25,896 nucleotides of DNA from the UHGV virus genome UHGV-0344337; one strand, written 5' to 3'. Position numbers and translations under genes: made by a program. The notes beneath the pieces are model-generated. The model made no database searches. It was not told the DNA's origin and saw nothing but the letters and a program-made list of their open reading frames with translations. Of this stretch, positions 1-8,879 are shown piece by piece; within the stretch, counting starts at the first letter, position 1, and each line of letters begins with the position of its first letter. Source of the DNA: a virus.

Positions 1-34
1 TCCCGCACTTTCCAGCAACGGATCTGGAGGTAAC

Positions 35-1084
35 GTGCGGGTATTACTTAGACCTGTTCTGGTGCCTGAGCTTGGGCTGGTGGTCCTTAAGCCGGGCCGT
101 GAATCCATACAGATATTTCATAATCCTCGAGTGCTGGTGGAACCGGAACCAAAAAGCATGCGTAATCTGCCATCCGGAGTCGTTCCTGCCGTTGGCCAGC
201 CGCTGGCGGAAGACAAAACATTGCTGCCGTTTTTTAGTAACGAACGGGTGATTCGTGCTGCTGGCGGCGTTGGCTTATTGTCTGACTGGCTATTACGTCA
301 TGTTACATCCTGCCAGTGGCCTTATGGCGATTACCATCACACTGAAACAGTCATTCACCGTTATGGTACCGGCGCAATGGTGTTGTGTTGGCACTGCGAC
401 AACCAACTGCGTGACCAGACATCGGAATCACTGGAGCTGCTTGCTCAACAAAATCTGACAGCATGGGTGATTGACGTCATCCGTCACGCAATAAGCGGTA
501 CGCAGGAGCGGGAATTATCTTTGGCTGAATTATCCTGGTGGGCGGTCTGCAATCAGGTGGTGGATGCACTACCTGAGGCTGTATCGCGTCGTTCGCTGGG
601 ATTACCAGCGGAAAAAATCTGCTCGGTGTACCGCGAAAGCGACATCGTACCGGGAGAGCAGACCGCCACCAGCATATTGAAACAACGCACAAAAAATCTT
701 GCACCGTTGCCTTACGCCCACCAGCAACAAAAACTACCACAGGAAAAGACGGTGGTAAGCATCACCGTTGATCCAGAGTCTCCGGAATCTTTCATGAAGC
801 TGCCTAAACGTCGCCGCTGGGTTAAGGAGAAATACACACGTTGGGTTAAGACACAGCCGTGTGCTTGCTGCGGTATGCCAGCCGACGATCCGCATCATCT
901 GATTGGTCACGGGCAGGGCGGAATGGGAACAAAAGCACATGATCTCTTTGTGTTGCCTTTGTGCAGAAAGCATCACAACGAGCTGCATACGGATACAGTG
1001 GCATTTGAAGAGAAGTATGGCTCCCAACTGGAGCTGATATTTCGTTTTATCGATCGCGCGCTGGCAATTGGCGTACTGGCGTAA
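35..1084 (+). CDS. ydfU: DUF968-family prophage protein (YdfU-like) with C-terminal HNH-like Cys/His cluster
   Basis: 349-aa ORF with GTG start at 35 preceded by GGAGG (26-30). C-terminal cluster CACCG...DPHHLIGH...CRKHHNELH. Sits immediately upstream of Q as in Qin-type prophages. Family assignment is from memory. Confidence 0.65.
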   Translation: MRVLLRPVLVPELGLVVLKPGRESIQIFHNPRVLVEPEPKSMRNLPSGVVPAVGQPLAEDKTLLPFFSNERVIRAAGGVGLLSDWLLRHVTSCQWPYGDYHHTETVIHRYGTGAMVLCWHCDNQLRDQTSESLELLAQQNLTAWVIDVIRHAISGTQERELSLAELSWWAVCNQVVDALPEAVSRRSLGLPAEKICSVYRESDIVPGEQTATSILKQRTKNLAPLPYAHQQQKLPQEKTVVSITVDPESPESFMKLPKRRRWVKEKYTRWVKTQPCACCGMPADDPHHLIGHGQGGMGTKAHDLFVLPLCRKHHNELHTDTVAFEEKYGSQLELIFRFIDRALAIGVLA

Positions 1085-1097
1085 GTGGAGAACGAGC

Positions 1098-1850
1098 ATG
1101 AACCTTGAAGCCTTACCAAAATATTACTCCCCAAAATCTCCAAAATTGAGCGATGACGCTCCAGCGACAGGCACCGGTTGTTTAACAATTACGGATGTAA
1201 TGGCAGCGCAGGGGATGGTGCAGTCGAAAGCACCGCTTGGGTTGGCCTTATTTCTGGCAAAAGTTGGTGTTCAGGACCCTCAGTTTGCGATTGAAGGCCT
1301 GCTAAATTACGCGATGGCACTGGATAACCCGACATTGAACAAATTGAGTGAAGAAATCCGGTTACAGATTATTCCTTACCTCGTGAGTTTTGCCTTTGCT
1401 GATTACTCCAGGTCTGCGGCAAGTAAGGCTCGCTGTGAGCATTGTTCAGGTACGGGATTTTATAATGTATTGCGCGAAGTGGTGAAACACTACAGACGCG
1501 GGGAATCTGTAATCAAGGAAGAATGGGTGAAGGAACTATGTCAGCATTGCCATGGTAAGGGCGAAGCCAGCACAGCGTGCAGAGGGTGTAAGGGTAAAGG
1601 GATTGTTCTGGATGAAAAAAGAACCCGGTTTCATGGCGTACCGGTATATAAGATTTGTGGGCGTTGTAATGGAAACCGGTTTAGTCGTTTACCGACCACG
1701 CTGGCACGACGTCATGTCCAGAAGCTGGTACCAGACCTGACCGATTATCAGTGGTATAAGGGGTATGCGGACGTCATTGGTAAACTGGTAACAAAGTGCT
1801 GGCAGGAAGAAGCATACGCGGAAGCGCAATTGAGGAAGGTGACGAGATAA
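1098..1850 (+). CDS. quuQ: Late-gene antitermination protein Q (QuuQ-like)
   Basis: ATG at 1098 with GGAG 8 nt upstream; 250 aa starting MNLEALPKYY. Four CxxCxGxG-type repeats (CEHCSGTG, CQHCHGKG, CRGCKGKG, CGRCNGNR). Located just upstream of a promoter/terminator pair and the lysis genes. Confidence 0.8.
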   Translation: MNLEALPKYYSPKSPKLSDDAPATGTGCLTITDVMAAQGMVQSKAPLGLALFLAKVGVQDPQFAIEGLLNYAMALDNPTLNKLSEEIRLQIIPYLVSFAFADYSRSAASKARCEHCSGTGFYNVLREVVKHYRRGESVIKEEWVKELCQHCHGKGEASTACRGCKGKGIVLDEKRTRFHGVPVYKICGRCNGNRFSRLPTTLARRHVQKLVPDLTDYQWYKGYADVIGKLVTKCWQEEAYAEAQLRKVTR

Positions 1851-1881
1851 ATGATTTTTGCTGAAGATGGCGACATGATGT

Positions 1882-1910
1882 TTGCATTTTTCAAAAAATA
1901 TGGATAAAAT
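1882..1910 (+). promoter_or_regulatory. Putative PR'-like late promoter (TTGCAT, 17-bp spacer, TAAAAT)
   Basis: -35-like TTGCAT at 1882-1887 and -10-like TAAAAT at 1905-1910, directly downstream of the Q stop as in lambda PR'/qut. No experimental support. Confidence 0.3.
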
Positions 1911-1956
1911 TTTTTCAACGATGGGCTTTGTATACCCGACGTTAAGAAAAAGTAGA

Positions 1957-1980
1957 AAACCCGCTGATGAGCGGGTTTTG
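1957..1980 (+). terminator. Rho-independent terminator, tR'-like
   Basis: Hairpin CCCGC-tgatga-GCGGG (1960-1975) followed by TTTTGTGCTTT, about 50 nt downstream of the putative late promoter. Confidence 0.5.
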
Positions 1981-2271
1981 TGCTTTAAATGGGGCAATGG
2001 TAATGTTGAATCTCATCCCGGGACTCATGTCTGTTAACTTATTATTTAGCTGGTGACTTGGTTATTTGCCTGATGTTTAAAATGTTTTCTTCCAGTACAA
2101 TGTCCCTAAACACAATGAGTCTGCTTATTATATTATTAGCAGAGCTATTACGGCCAAAGTACAGCATAAGCTTTTAAAGCCAATCAACCAGTCATCAAGA
2201 CAGACGGGGTTATTCATAAAAACTCTCCATGTGTGATCCGATGGGGCCTGAAATTAAAGCTTTAATATAGC

Positions 2272-2484
2272 TCATGAAAGGTAAACATTGGCAGCTGAAG
2301 GGCCACGCAGACCATTTATCCGGCAAAATTCCACGCGTAATCCGGTGGTAATTTCTTCTGCATCGCGGAGATTGAGCGCTGAAACATGAAGCTGGACATC
2401 GATACGACCATCGGATGGGGTGATAAGACCCTTGCCGCTTTTGCCGTCAAAGGTTTTGACAATTCCTGTCATTTTACGGGACAA
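2272..2484 (-). CDS. cspF: Cold-shock-like protein CspF (CspA family)
   Basis: 70-aa [24 protein letters not shown]...; CspA-family fold signature with degenerate RNP motifs; divergent from cspB as in the K-12 Qin locus. Confidence 0.85.
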
Positions 2485-2607
2485 AAAAATTCCTTAATAC
2501 TGACAACTTGGCGCACTATACACACGTTCCTGAAGAAAGCTATAGTTTTTTGATGGGGTTGAAGATGGCTGGATGTCTAAAATAAACATTGCTTCATATG
2601 TTCAACT

Positions 2608-2618
2608 ATGCGTTAATG
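2608..2618 (+). promoter_or_regulatory. Conserved csp upstream element ATGCGTTAATG (cspB copy)
   Basis: Identical 11-mer about 177 nt upstream of the cspB ATG; second copy at 5512-5522 upstream of cspI. Position is consistent with the promoter/5'-UTR start of long-leader cold-shock genes. Confidence 0.3.
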
Positions 2619-2784
2619 ATTGCGTCGGTTTGAAGAACAGACGATATACGAAGTAGTTTACTAAAGCAGTTCTCATTTCAGGTGTTATTCACTTATTCCT
2701 TCTTTGAGTCTCTCCAATTAAGTACGAAGTCGTTTCTGTTATGCAAACCATTTATGCCGAAAGGCTCAAGTTAAGGAATGTAGA

Positions 2785-3000
2785 ATGTCAAATAAAATGA
2801 CTGGTTTAGTAAAATGGTTTAACGCTGATAAAGGTTTCGGCTTTATTTCTCCTGTTGATGGTAGTAAAGATGTGTTTGTGCATTTTTCTGCGATTCAGAA
2901 TGATAATTATCGAACCTTATTTGAAGGTCAAAAGGTTACCTTCTCTATAGAGAGTGGTGCTAAAGGTCCTGCAGCAGCAAATGTCATCATTACTGATTAA
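2785..3000 (+). CDS. cspB: Cold-shock protein CspB (CspA family)
   Basis: 71-aa [41 protein letters not shown]... with RNP1 (KGFGFI) and RNP2 (VFVHF) motifs; AAGGAATG start context; long upstream leader. Confidence 0.9.
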   Translation: MSNKMTGLVKWFNADKGFGFISPVDGSKDVFVHFSAIQNDNYRTLFEGQKVTFSIESGAKGPAAANVIITD

Positions 3001-3281
3001 AATTCATCGCTCGTCTGTATACGATAACGAAGAAGGCTGATGCCTGAGTAGAGATACGGACAGAGTAGTGAATATTGGATTTCTTTAATAAAAATTAAGG
3101 AGGTCCAATACATGAAACAATGGCCAGCATATTTGGCAAAATCTTAATCAGGAAAAGTATGCTAACCATTGTGGTGAAGTGCAGGTTTGCTGCATGAATA
3201 GTTTTACAGCAGAAGCTAACTGCTGGCATGGCAAAACAAAGTGCGTAAGTGGATGACTCCCACAAAAAGCACCACAATCTC

Positions 3282-3306
3282 AAACCCGCTCAGGCGGGTT
3301 TTTTAT
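3282..3306 (+). terminator. Rho-independent terminator (possibly bidirectional)
   Basis: Perfect hairpin AAACCCGC-tcag-GCGGGTTT followed by a T-run; an A-run on the 5' side would allow function on the minus strand too. Confidence 0.5.
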
Positions 3307-3363
3307 TATCTGCTTTAAATATATTATTAAAATATAAAAAATACTTGTTACTAATAAAATCAA

Positions 3364-3534
3364 TCAGGCTACAGCTTTAAGATTTGTCTGGAATACTTTG
3401 TTGCAATGAGGGCAGATCAAAAGGGCACCTTTTTGTACTCTTGAAAAACTGTGTTCTGACTCTTGGGTGCAGTTTGGGCAGGAACATTTAACGAGATAAT
3501 TACGGCGTGATTTTGAGTCTTTACGTTCTGACAT
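3364..3534 (-). CDS. Small zinc-ribbon protein (CxCxxC...CxxC), hypothetical
   Basis: Minus-strand ORF; preferred start at the internal Met (MSERKDSK..., 56 aa) with AGGA 7 nt upstream; a longer 73-aa form would start at 3585. Motif KCSCPNC...(19 aa)...CPHC. Confidence 0.45.
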   Translation of the reverse strand: MSERKDSKSRRNYLVKCSCPNCTQESEHSFSRVQKGALLICPHCNKVFQTNLKAVA

Positions 3535-3753
3535 AGGCTTTTCCTGTATAAATGGCCGTATACAGTACACTAAATATGAAAACATTTCTCGTATTATTAT
3601 TTTATATATGACTTTCTTTCAAAATAATTACTCACATTTTTAATGTGTATGTTTCTTTAGCGCCGTTGAGAACAGCGTGTGCTGTCAAAACTACCCCGTA
3701 GACTCCGATCTTTTCAAACATATTGCACCATCCGTGTACATCGGGGTGAGGAT

Positions 3754-3969
3754 ATGAAATCAATGGATAAGTTAACAACAGGTGTTGCCTATGGCACATC
3801 GGCGGGTAATGCTGGTTTCTGGGCATTGCAGTTACTCGATAAAGTAACTCCGTCACAGTGGGCTGCAATCGGTGTGCTGGGTAGCCTGGTATTTGGCCTG
3901 CTGACGTACCTGACAAATCTTTATTTCAAGATTAAAGAAGACAGGCGTAAGGCTGCGAGAGGAGAGTAA
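3754..3969 (+). CDS. essQ: Class II holin / pinholin (phage 21 S-type) with dual-start motif
   Basis: 71 aa beginning MKSMDKL (Met1 and Met4 give the antiholin/holin pair as in S21); two TM segments; C-terminal [13 protein letters not shown]. First gene of the lysis cassette. Confidence 0.85.
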   Translation: MKSMDKLTTGVAYGTSAGNAGFWALQLLDKVTPSQWAAIGVLGSLVFGLLTYLTNLYFKIKEDRRKAARGE

Positions 3970-3973
3970 TCCA

Positions 3974-4281
3974 ATGACTCAAGACTATGAACTGGTTGTG
4001 AAAGGAGTCCGTAATTTTGAGAATAAAGTTACGGTAACTGTAGCCTTACAGGACAAAGAACGCTTTGACGGTGAAATTTTTGGCCTGGATGTCGCCATGG
4101 ACCGTGTTGAAGGAGCTGCGCTGGAGTTTTATGAGGCAGCAGCCAGAATGAGCGTCCGGCAAGTCTTCCTGGAAGTAGCAGAAAAATTGTCAGAAAAAGT
4201 TGAGTCTTATCTGCAGCATCAGTACTCCTTTAAGATTGAAAATCCTGCCAATAAGCACGAGCGTCCTCATCATAAATATCT

Positions 4282-4285
<4 letters not shown>
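3974..4285 (+). CDS. ydfR: DUF1327-like protein (YdfR-like) located between holin and endolysin
   Basis: 103-aa acidic ORF with no TM segment; ATG 4 nt after the holin stop; its stop overlaps the endolysin start (ATGA). Family assignment is from memory. Confidence 0.6.
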
Positions 4286-5309
<1,024 letters not shown>

Positions 5310-5511
5310 ATTAATATTAAATCGGATTATTTTTAGCGCTGAATGTGAAATTTAAATAAAAAGGACTCTTCCATGAGTCAAAATCCTTGAAATCTTAAGG
5401 GTAAGATAAAAGGTCATTAGACAGAATGACACGTTTTATTAATAAATAAAGATATTGTTTCATTCGTGTGTTTTTCTTTACAAAAGTAATCCTTGCTATG
5501 GTTGGTTAATC

Positions 5512-5522
5512 ATGCGTTAATG
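5512..5522 (+). promoter_or_regulatory. Conserved csp upstream element ATGCGTTAATG (cspI copy)
   Basis: Same 11-mer as at 2608-2618, about 160 nt upstream of the cspI ATG. Confidence 0.3.
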
Positions 5523-5672
5523 GTGTTCTGGTTTGTTACAAAATTATCTGAAGCAGTCATTGTTATAATTTTATTATTTGTACCTCTTGAGATTTCCTTG
5601 TTGGTTTTTCTCTCTGATATTTTTTTTCGGACCATTCTGCCCAAGGGCTAACTTCTTCAAAAGGTAATAATG

Positions 5673-5885
5673 ATGTCTAACAAAATGACTGGTTTAGTGA
5701 AATGGTTTAACCCTGAAAAAGGTTTTGGTTTCATCACGCCGAAAGATGGTAGCAAAGATGTGTTTGTGCATTTCTCAGCTATTCAGAGCAACGATTTCAA
5801 AACGTTAACTGAGAATCAGGAAGTCGAATTTGGTATTGAGAACGGACCTAAAGGTCCTGCAGCTGTTCATGTAGTGGCACTTTGA
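5673..5885 (+). CDS. cspI: Cold-shock protein CspI (CspA family)
   Basis: 70 aa [38 protein letters not shown]... with RNP1/RNP2 motifs; tandem ATGATG start at 5670/5673. Confidence 0.9.
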   Translation: MSNKMTGLVKWFNPEKGFGFITPKDGSKDVFVHFSAIQSNDFKTLTENQEVEFGIENGPKGPAAVHVVAL

Positions 5886-6084
5886 GGTAGAAAATATTAC
5901 AAACCATATTCACTTTAGATGCCCGTGTTGCCATGGTTCTCAGTATAGAACATCATCTTTTGATGTTTCTGACAGAAATCCTTTCGGGGCAAAATGTATC
6001 TTTTGTAAATCAATGATGATTACATTTGATAATATTTCACAATACTTAAATGTTAGCCATCTGTCGTTAGATTTAAGAAAGTGA
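5875..6084 (+). pseudogene. Start-less zinc-ribbon reading frame (CxCC...CxxC) between cspI and its terminator
   Basis: 69-codon open frame with no in-frame ATG/GTG/TTG before the Cys motif (RCPCCHG...(22 aa)...CIFC). Its stop is 7 nt before the terminator at 6091. Same Cys architecture as the ORF at 3364-3534. Confidence 0.3.
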
Positions 6085-6090
6085 AAATGA

Positions 6091-6112
6091 AGGCTCCTTC
6101 GGGAGCTTTTTT
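6091..6112 (+). terminator. Rho-independent terminator (UUCG tetraloop)
   Basis: GGCTCC-ttcg-GGAGC hairpin followed by TTTTTT; about 200 nt downstream of the cspI stop. Confidence 0.6.
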
Positions 6113-6231
6113 GCTTAGTGTCTAGTCGATGGATACTCACATATTACGGTAACATTATGAAAAAAATAATAGTTTTTTTTAACTCTGAACCAGCAATGGT
6201 AGTGCCAGTGATGACCGGAGTTAACACCATC

Positions 6232-6387
6232 ATGCGTGAATATCCAAATGGCGAAACAACACACCTCACTGTAATGGCTGCAGGGTTTCCATCTCTGACC
6301 GGAGATCATAAAGTCATTTATGTAGCAGCGGATCGACATGTAACTTCAGAAGAAATTCTGGAAGCAGCAATGAGACTCTTGAATTGA
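6232..6387 (+). CDS. Small hypothetical protein, possibly YnfN-like (51 aa from ATG 6232)
   Basis: ORF open from 6118 (GTG) or 6157 (ATG); best RBS (GGAG 6217-6220) precedes the ATG at 6232, giving 51 aa MREYPNGETTHLTV.... Position between cspI and gnsB matches the K-12 gene order. Start and identity are uncertain. Confidence 0.4.
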   Translation: MREYPNGETTHLTVMAAGFPSLTGDHKVIYVAADRHVTSEEILEAAMRLLN

Positions 6388-6559
6388 TTTGATTCTAATG
6401 CATTGATAATAAATGATAATCATCTTTATCTGTTTGTGTGAAATTTAGACCGTCGTATGTTGATTATTGCGATGTTTCATCTTATCTTTTATACGTTTGC
6501 TCCATATAATTGACACTACTGTGTACCAGGACAGTCATAACAGACTAAAAGAGGAAATG

Positions 6560-6733
6560 ATGAACATTGAAGAGTTAAAAACAAAAACAGAAGCAGATAT
6601 TTCTGAATATATAACAAAAAAAATCATTGAGCTTAAGAAAAAGACCGGGAAAGAAGTTACCAGTATCCAGTTTACTGCACGGGAAAAAATGACTGGTCTT
6701 GAAAGCTATGATATCAAGATTGATTTAATCTAG
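6560..6733 (+). CDS. gnsB: GnsB (Gns family, 57 aa)
   Basis: MNIEELKTKTEADISEYITKKIIELKKKTGKEVTSIQFTAREKMTGLESYDIKIDLI; GAGGAA RBS at 6551-6556; terminator downstream. Confidence 0.8.
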   Translation: MNIEELKTKTEADISEYITKKIIELKKKTGKEVTSIQFTAREKMTGLESYDIKIDLI

Positions 6734-6796
6734 CATGTTTATAGTATTAGCATCAATTTCTCATCAGATGCTATTCAACAATACAAATTACCCATA

Positions 6797-6818
6797 AACC
6801 TCGTTTTTACGGGGTTTT
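6797..6818 (+). terminator. Rho-independent terminator after gnsB
   Basis: AACCTCG-ttttta-CGGGGTT hairpin (one G-U pair) followed by a T-run. Confidence 0.5.
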
Positions 6819-7028
6819 GTTATATTTAAACATTACCGAATAGATATAAATCTCGATTGTCGATGGTATTGGTTGTGTGACAATACCTAGTCTTTCCGGT
6901 ATGCCTGAAGAGAATACAAACGACAGATTATGTAAGGGAAACGCGCTGAAACTTTCACTCTTTCATGCTGAGTGATTTGACGTTATATTTTTAGCCGCAA
7001 GTGAAGAGCAAACGAATGGAGCGACAAA

Positions 7029-7140
7029 ATGCGTAAAGATCAATACACTGATGCCCCCTCCCAGGAGCAGGTTCGTGTAAAAACTATGCTTAATAGCACC
7101 ATTTCGATGGGTTACCCGGATGTTGTAATTGCATGTATAG
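7029..7140 (+). pseudogene. 5' fragment of a small (68-aa) prophage ORF disrupted by IS3
   Basis: ATG 7029 with GGAG 7 nt upstream; reads [37 protein letters not shown], then runs into the IS3 left end and stops after 13 IS-encoded codons. Confidence 0.5.
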
Positions 7141-7179
7141 TGATCTTACCCAGCAATAGTGGACACGCGGCTAAGTGAG
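7141..7179 (+). repeat. IS3 left terminal inverted repeat
   Basis: TGATCTTACCCAGCAATAGTGGACACGCGGCTAAGTGAG; matches the reverse complement of 8360-8398 with a few mismatches. Confidence 0.9.
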
Positions 7180-7205
7180 TAAACTCTCAGTCAGAGGTGA
7201 CTCAC

Positions 7206-7505
7206 ATGACAAAAACAGTATCAACCAGTAAAAAACCCCGTAAACAGCATTCGCCTGAATTTCGCAGTGAAGCCCTGAAGCTTGCTGAACGCATCGGTGT
7301 TACTGCCGCAGCCCGTGAACTCAGCCTGTATGAATCACAGCTCTACAACTGGCGCAGTAAACAGCAAAATCAGCAGACGTCTTCTGAACGTGAACTGGAG
7401 ATGTCTACCGAGATTGCACGTCTCAAACGCCAGCTGGCAGAACGGGATGAAGAGCTGGCTATCCTCCAAAAGGCCGCGACATACTTCGCGAAGCGCCTGA
7501 AATGA
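7206..7505 (+). CDS. insE: IS3 transposase OrfA (InsE)
   Basis: 99 aa [32 protein letters not shown]...; HTH region; overlaps insF by 4 nt as in IS3-family orfA/orfB. Confidence 0.95.
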
Positions 7506-8368
7506 AGTATGTCTTTATTGAAAAACATCAGGCTGAGTTCAGCATCAAAGCAATGTGCCGCGTGCTCCGGGTGGCCCGCAGCGGCTGGTATACGTGGTGT
7601 CAGCGGCGGACAAGGATAAGCACGCGTCAGCAGTTCCGCCAACACTGCGACAGCGTTGTCCTCGCGGCTTTTACCCGGTCAAAACAGCGTTACGGTGCCC
7701 CACGCCTGACGGATGAACTGCGTGCTCAGGGTTACCCCTTTAACGTAAAAACCGTGGCGGCAAGCCTGCGCCGTCAGGGACTGAGGGCAAAGGCCTCCCG
7801 GAAGTTCAGCCCGGTCAGCTACCGCGCACACGGCCTGCCTGTGTCAGAAAATCTGTTGGAGCAGGATTTTTACGCCAGTGGCCCGAACCAGAAGTGGGCA
7901 GGAGACATCACGTACTTACGTACAGATGAAGGCTGGCTGTATCTGGCAGTGGTCATTGACCTGTGGTCACGTGCCGTTATTGGCTGGTCAATGTCGCCAC
8001 GCATGACGGCGCAACTGGCCTGCGATGCCCTGCAGATGGCGCTGTGGCGGCGTAAGAGGCCCCGGAACGTTATCGTTCACACGGACCGTGGAGGCCAGTA
8101 CTGTTCAGCAGATTATCAGGCGCAACTGAAGCGGCATAATCTGCGTGGAAGTATGAGCGCAAAAGGTTGCTGCTACGATAATGCCTGCGTGGAAAGCTTC
8201 TTTCATTCGCTGAAAGTGGAATGTATCCATGGAGAACACTTTATCAGCCGGGAAATAATGCGGGCAACGGTGTTTAATTATATCGAATGTGATTACAATC
8301 GGTGGCGGCGGCACAGTTGGTGTGGCGGCCTCAGTCCGGAACAATTTGAAAACAAGAACCTCGCTTAG
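7502..8368 (+). CDS. insF: IS3 transposase OrfB (InsF), DDE integrase domain
   Basis: 288 aa [22 protein letters not shown]...; DDE-type catalytic core; in the -1 frame relative to insE, the arrangement IS3-family elements express by programmed frameshifting. Confidence 0.95.
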
Positions 8369-8398
8369 GCCTGTGTCCATATTACGTGGGTAGGATCA
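8360..8398 (-). repeat. IS3 right terminal inverted repeat
   Basis: Reverse complement TGATCCTACCCACGTAATATGGACACAGGCCTAAGCGAG; overlaps the 3' end of insF. Confidence 0.9.
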
Positions 8399-8400
8399 TA

Positions 8401-8496
8401 GAACATCAAGTATCTCTGGAAGCATTCAGGGCAATTGAGGCCGCGTTAGTAAAGCACGATAAGAATACGAAGGATTATTCCCTGGTGGTTGACTGA
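8401..8496 (+). pseudogene. 3' fragment of the IS3-disrupted small ORF
   Basis: Joining 7029-7140 to 8402-8496 after removing IS3 and one TAG copy restores an uninterrupted 68-codon frame (...[34 protein letters not shown]). Confidence 0.5.
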
Positions 8497-8532
8497 TCAC
8501 CATAACTGCTAACCATTCTGACCATTTCACAA

Positions 8533-8561
8533 GTGACAGAGTCAATATCGTATTCTGTCAC
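8533..8561. repeat. Perfect 8-bp inverted repeat GTGACAGA / TCTGTCAC with 13-bp spacer
   Basis: Read directly from the sequence; lies in non-coding DNA between the IS3-disrupted ORF and the cos region. Confidence 0.4.
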
Positions 8562-8861
8562 TGTAAGGCTAATACAGTACTGCAATTCAACTACAGCAAT
8601 GCCTCGTATTTAGGTGAATTTACAATATCGTCCAGTTCGGATGCCGGCTGCATTTCTGAAGATAAGGCATTTCGGTTCGCGTATTTTCCCCTCATGCTCG
8701 TCAGTCCTGCGCGTAGTAAGAAACAGGACACTCACACTAATTTGTGTGGGCATGCTGTGATGTCCTTCTGAATTATCCCCATGCCATTATGTAACGCTCT
8801 GTTTCAGATGCTCGTCACGGTTGTCAGGCTGTCGGGTCCTCCCAGTGGGGGTCCCTGCCAC

Positions 8862-8879
8862 GGGGCGGGAGCGTCGCGG
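8862..8879 (+). other. Candidate cosN (cohesive-end site), lambda-like
   Basis: ACGGGGCGGGAGCGTCGCGG resembles lambda cosN (ACGGGGCGGCGACCTCGCGG) including the flanking ACG and CGCGG; the putative 12-nt end GGGCGGGAGCGT starts 196 bp upstream of the Nu1 ATG, matching lambda geometry. Confidence 0.5.

Larger units (their letters stand above)
7141..8398 (+). mobile_element. IS3 insertion sequence, complete (1258 bp)
   Basis: Imperfect 39-bp terminal inverted repeats starting TGATCTTACCCAGC (left) and TGATCCTACCCACG (right, reverse complement); insE and insF ORFs; direct 3-bp repeat TAG at 7138-7140 and 8399-8401. Confidence 0.95.

Noticed and set aside
255-1188. Alternative-frame and minus-strand ORFs overlapping the DUF968 gene
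   Set aside because: Contained within the longer, RBS-supported DUF968 ORF; no motifs.
1851-1907. 18-codon ORF directly after Q (MIFAEDGDMMFAFFKKYG)
   Set aside because: No RBS, overlaps the putative late promoter; likely non-coding.
3095-3283. 62-aa hydrophobic minus-strand ORF between cspB and the zinc-ribbon ORF
   Set aside because: No recognisable RBS, overlaps the terminator hairpin region, AT-rich sequence gives a chance hydrophobic frame; could be a tiny membrane peptide but evidence is insufficient.
3632-3916. 94-aa minus-strand ORF
   Set aside because: Antisense to the holin gene, which has a strong dual-start S21-like signature.
6467-6559. Upstream extension of gnsB to an 88-aa ORF
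   Set aside because: The Gns family is about 57 aa; GAGGAA RBS directly precedes the internal ATG at 6557/6560.
7282-7645. Extra ORFs within IS3 (72 aa plus strand, 91 aa minus strand)
   Set aside because: Alternative frames inside the well-defined insE/insF coding region.
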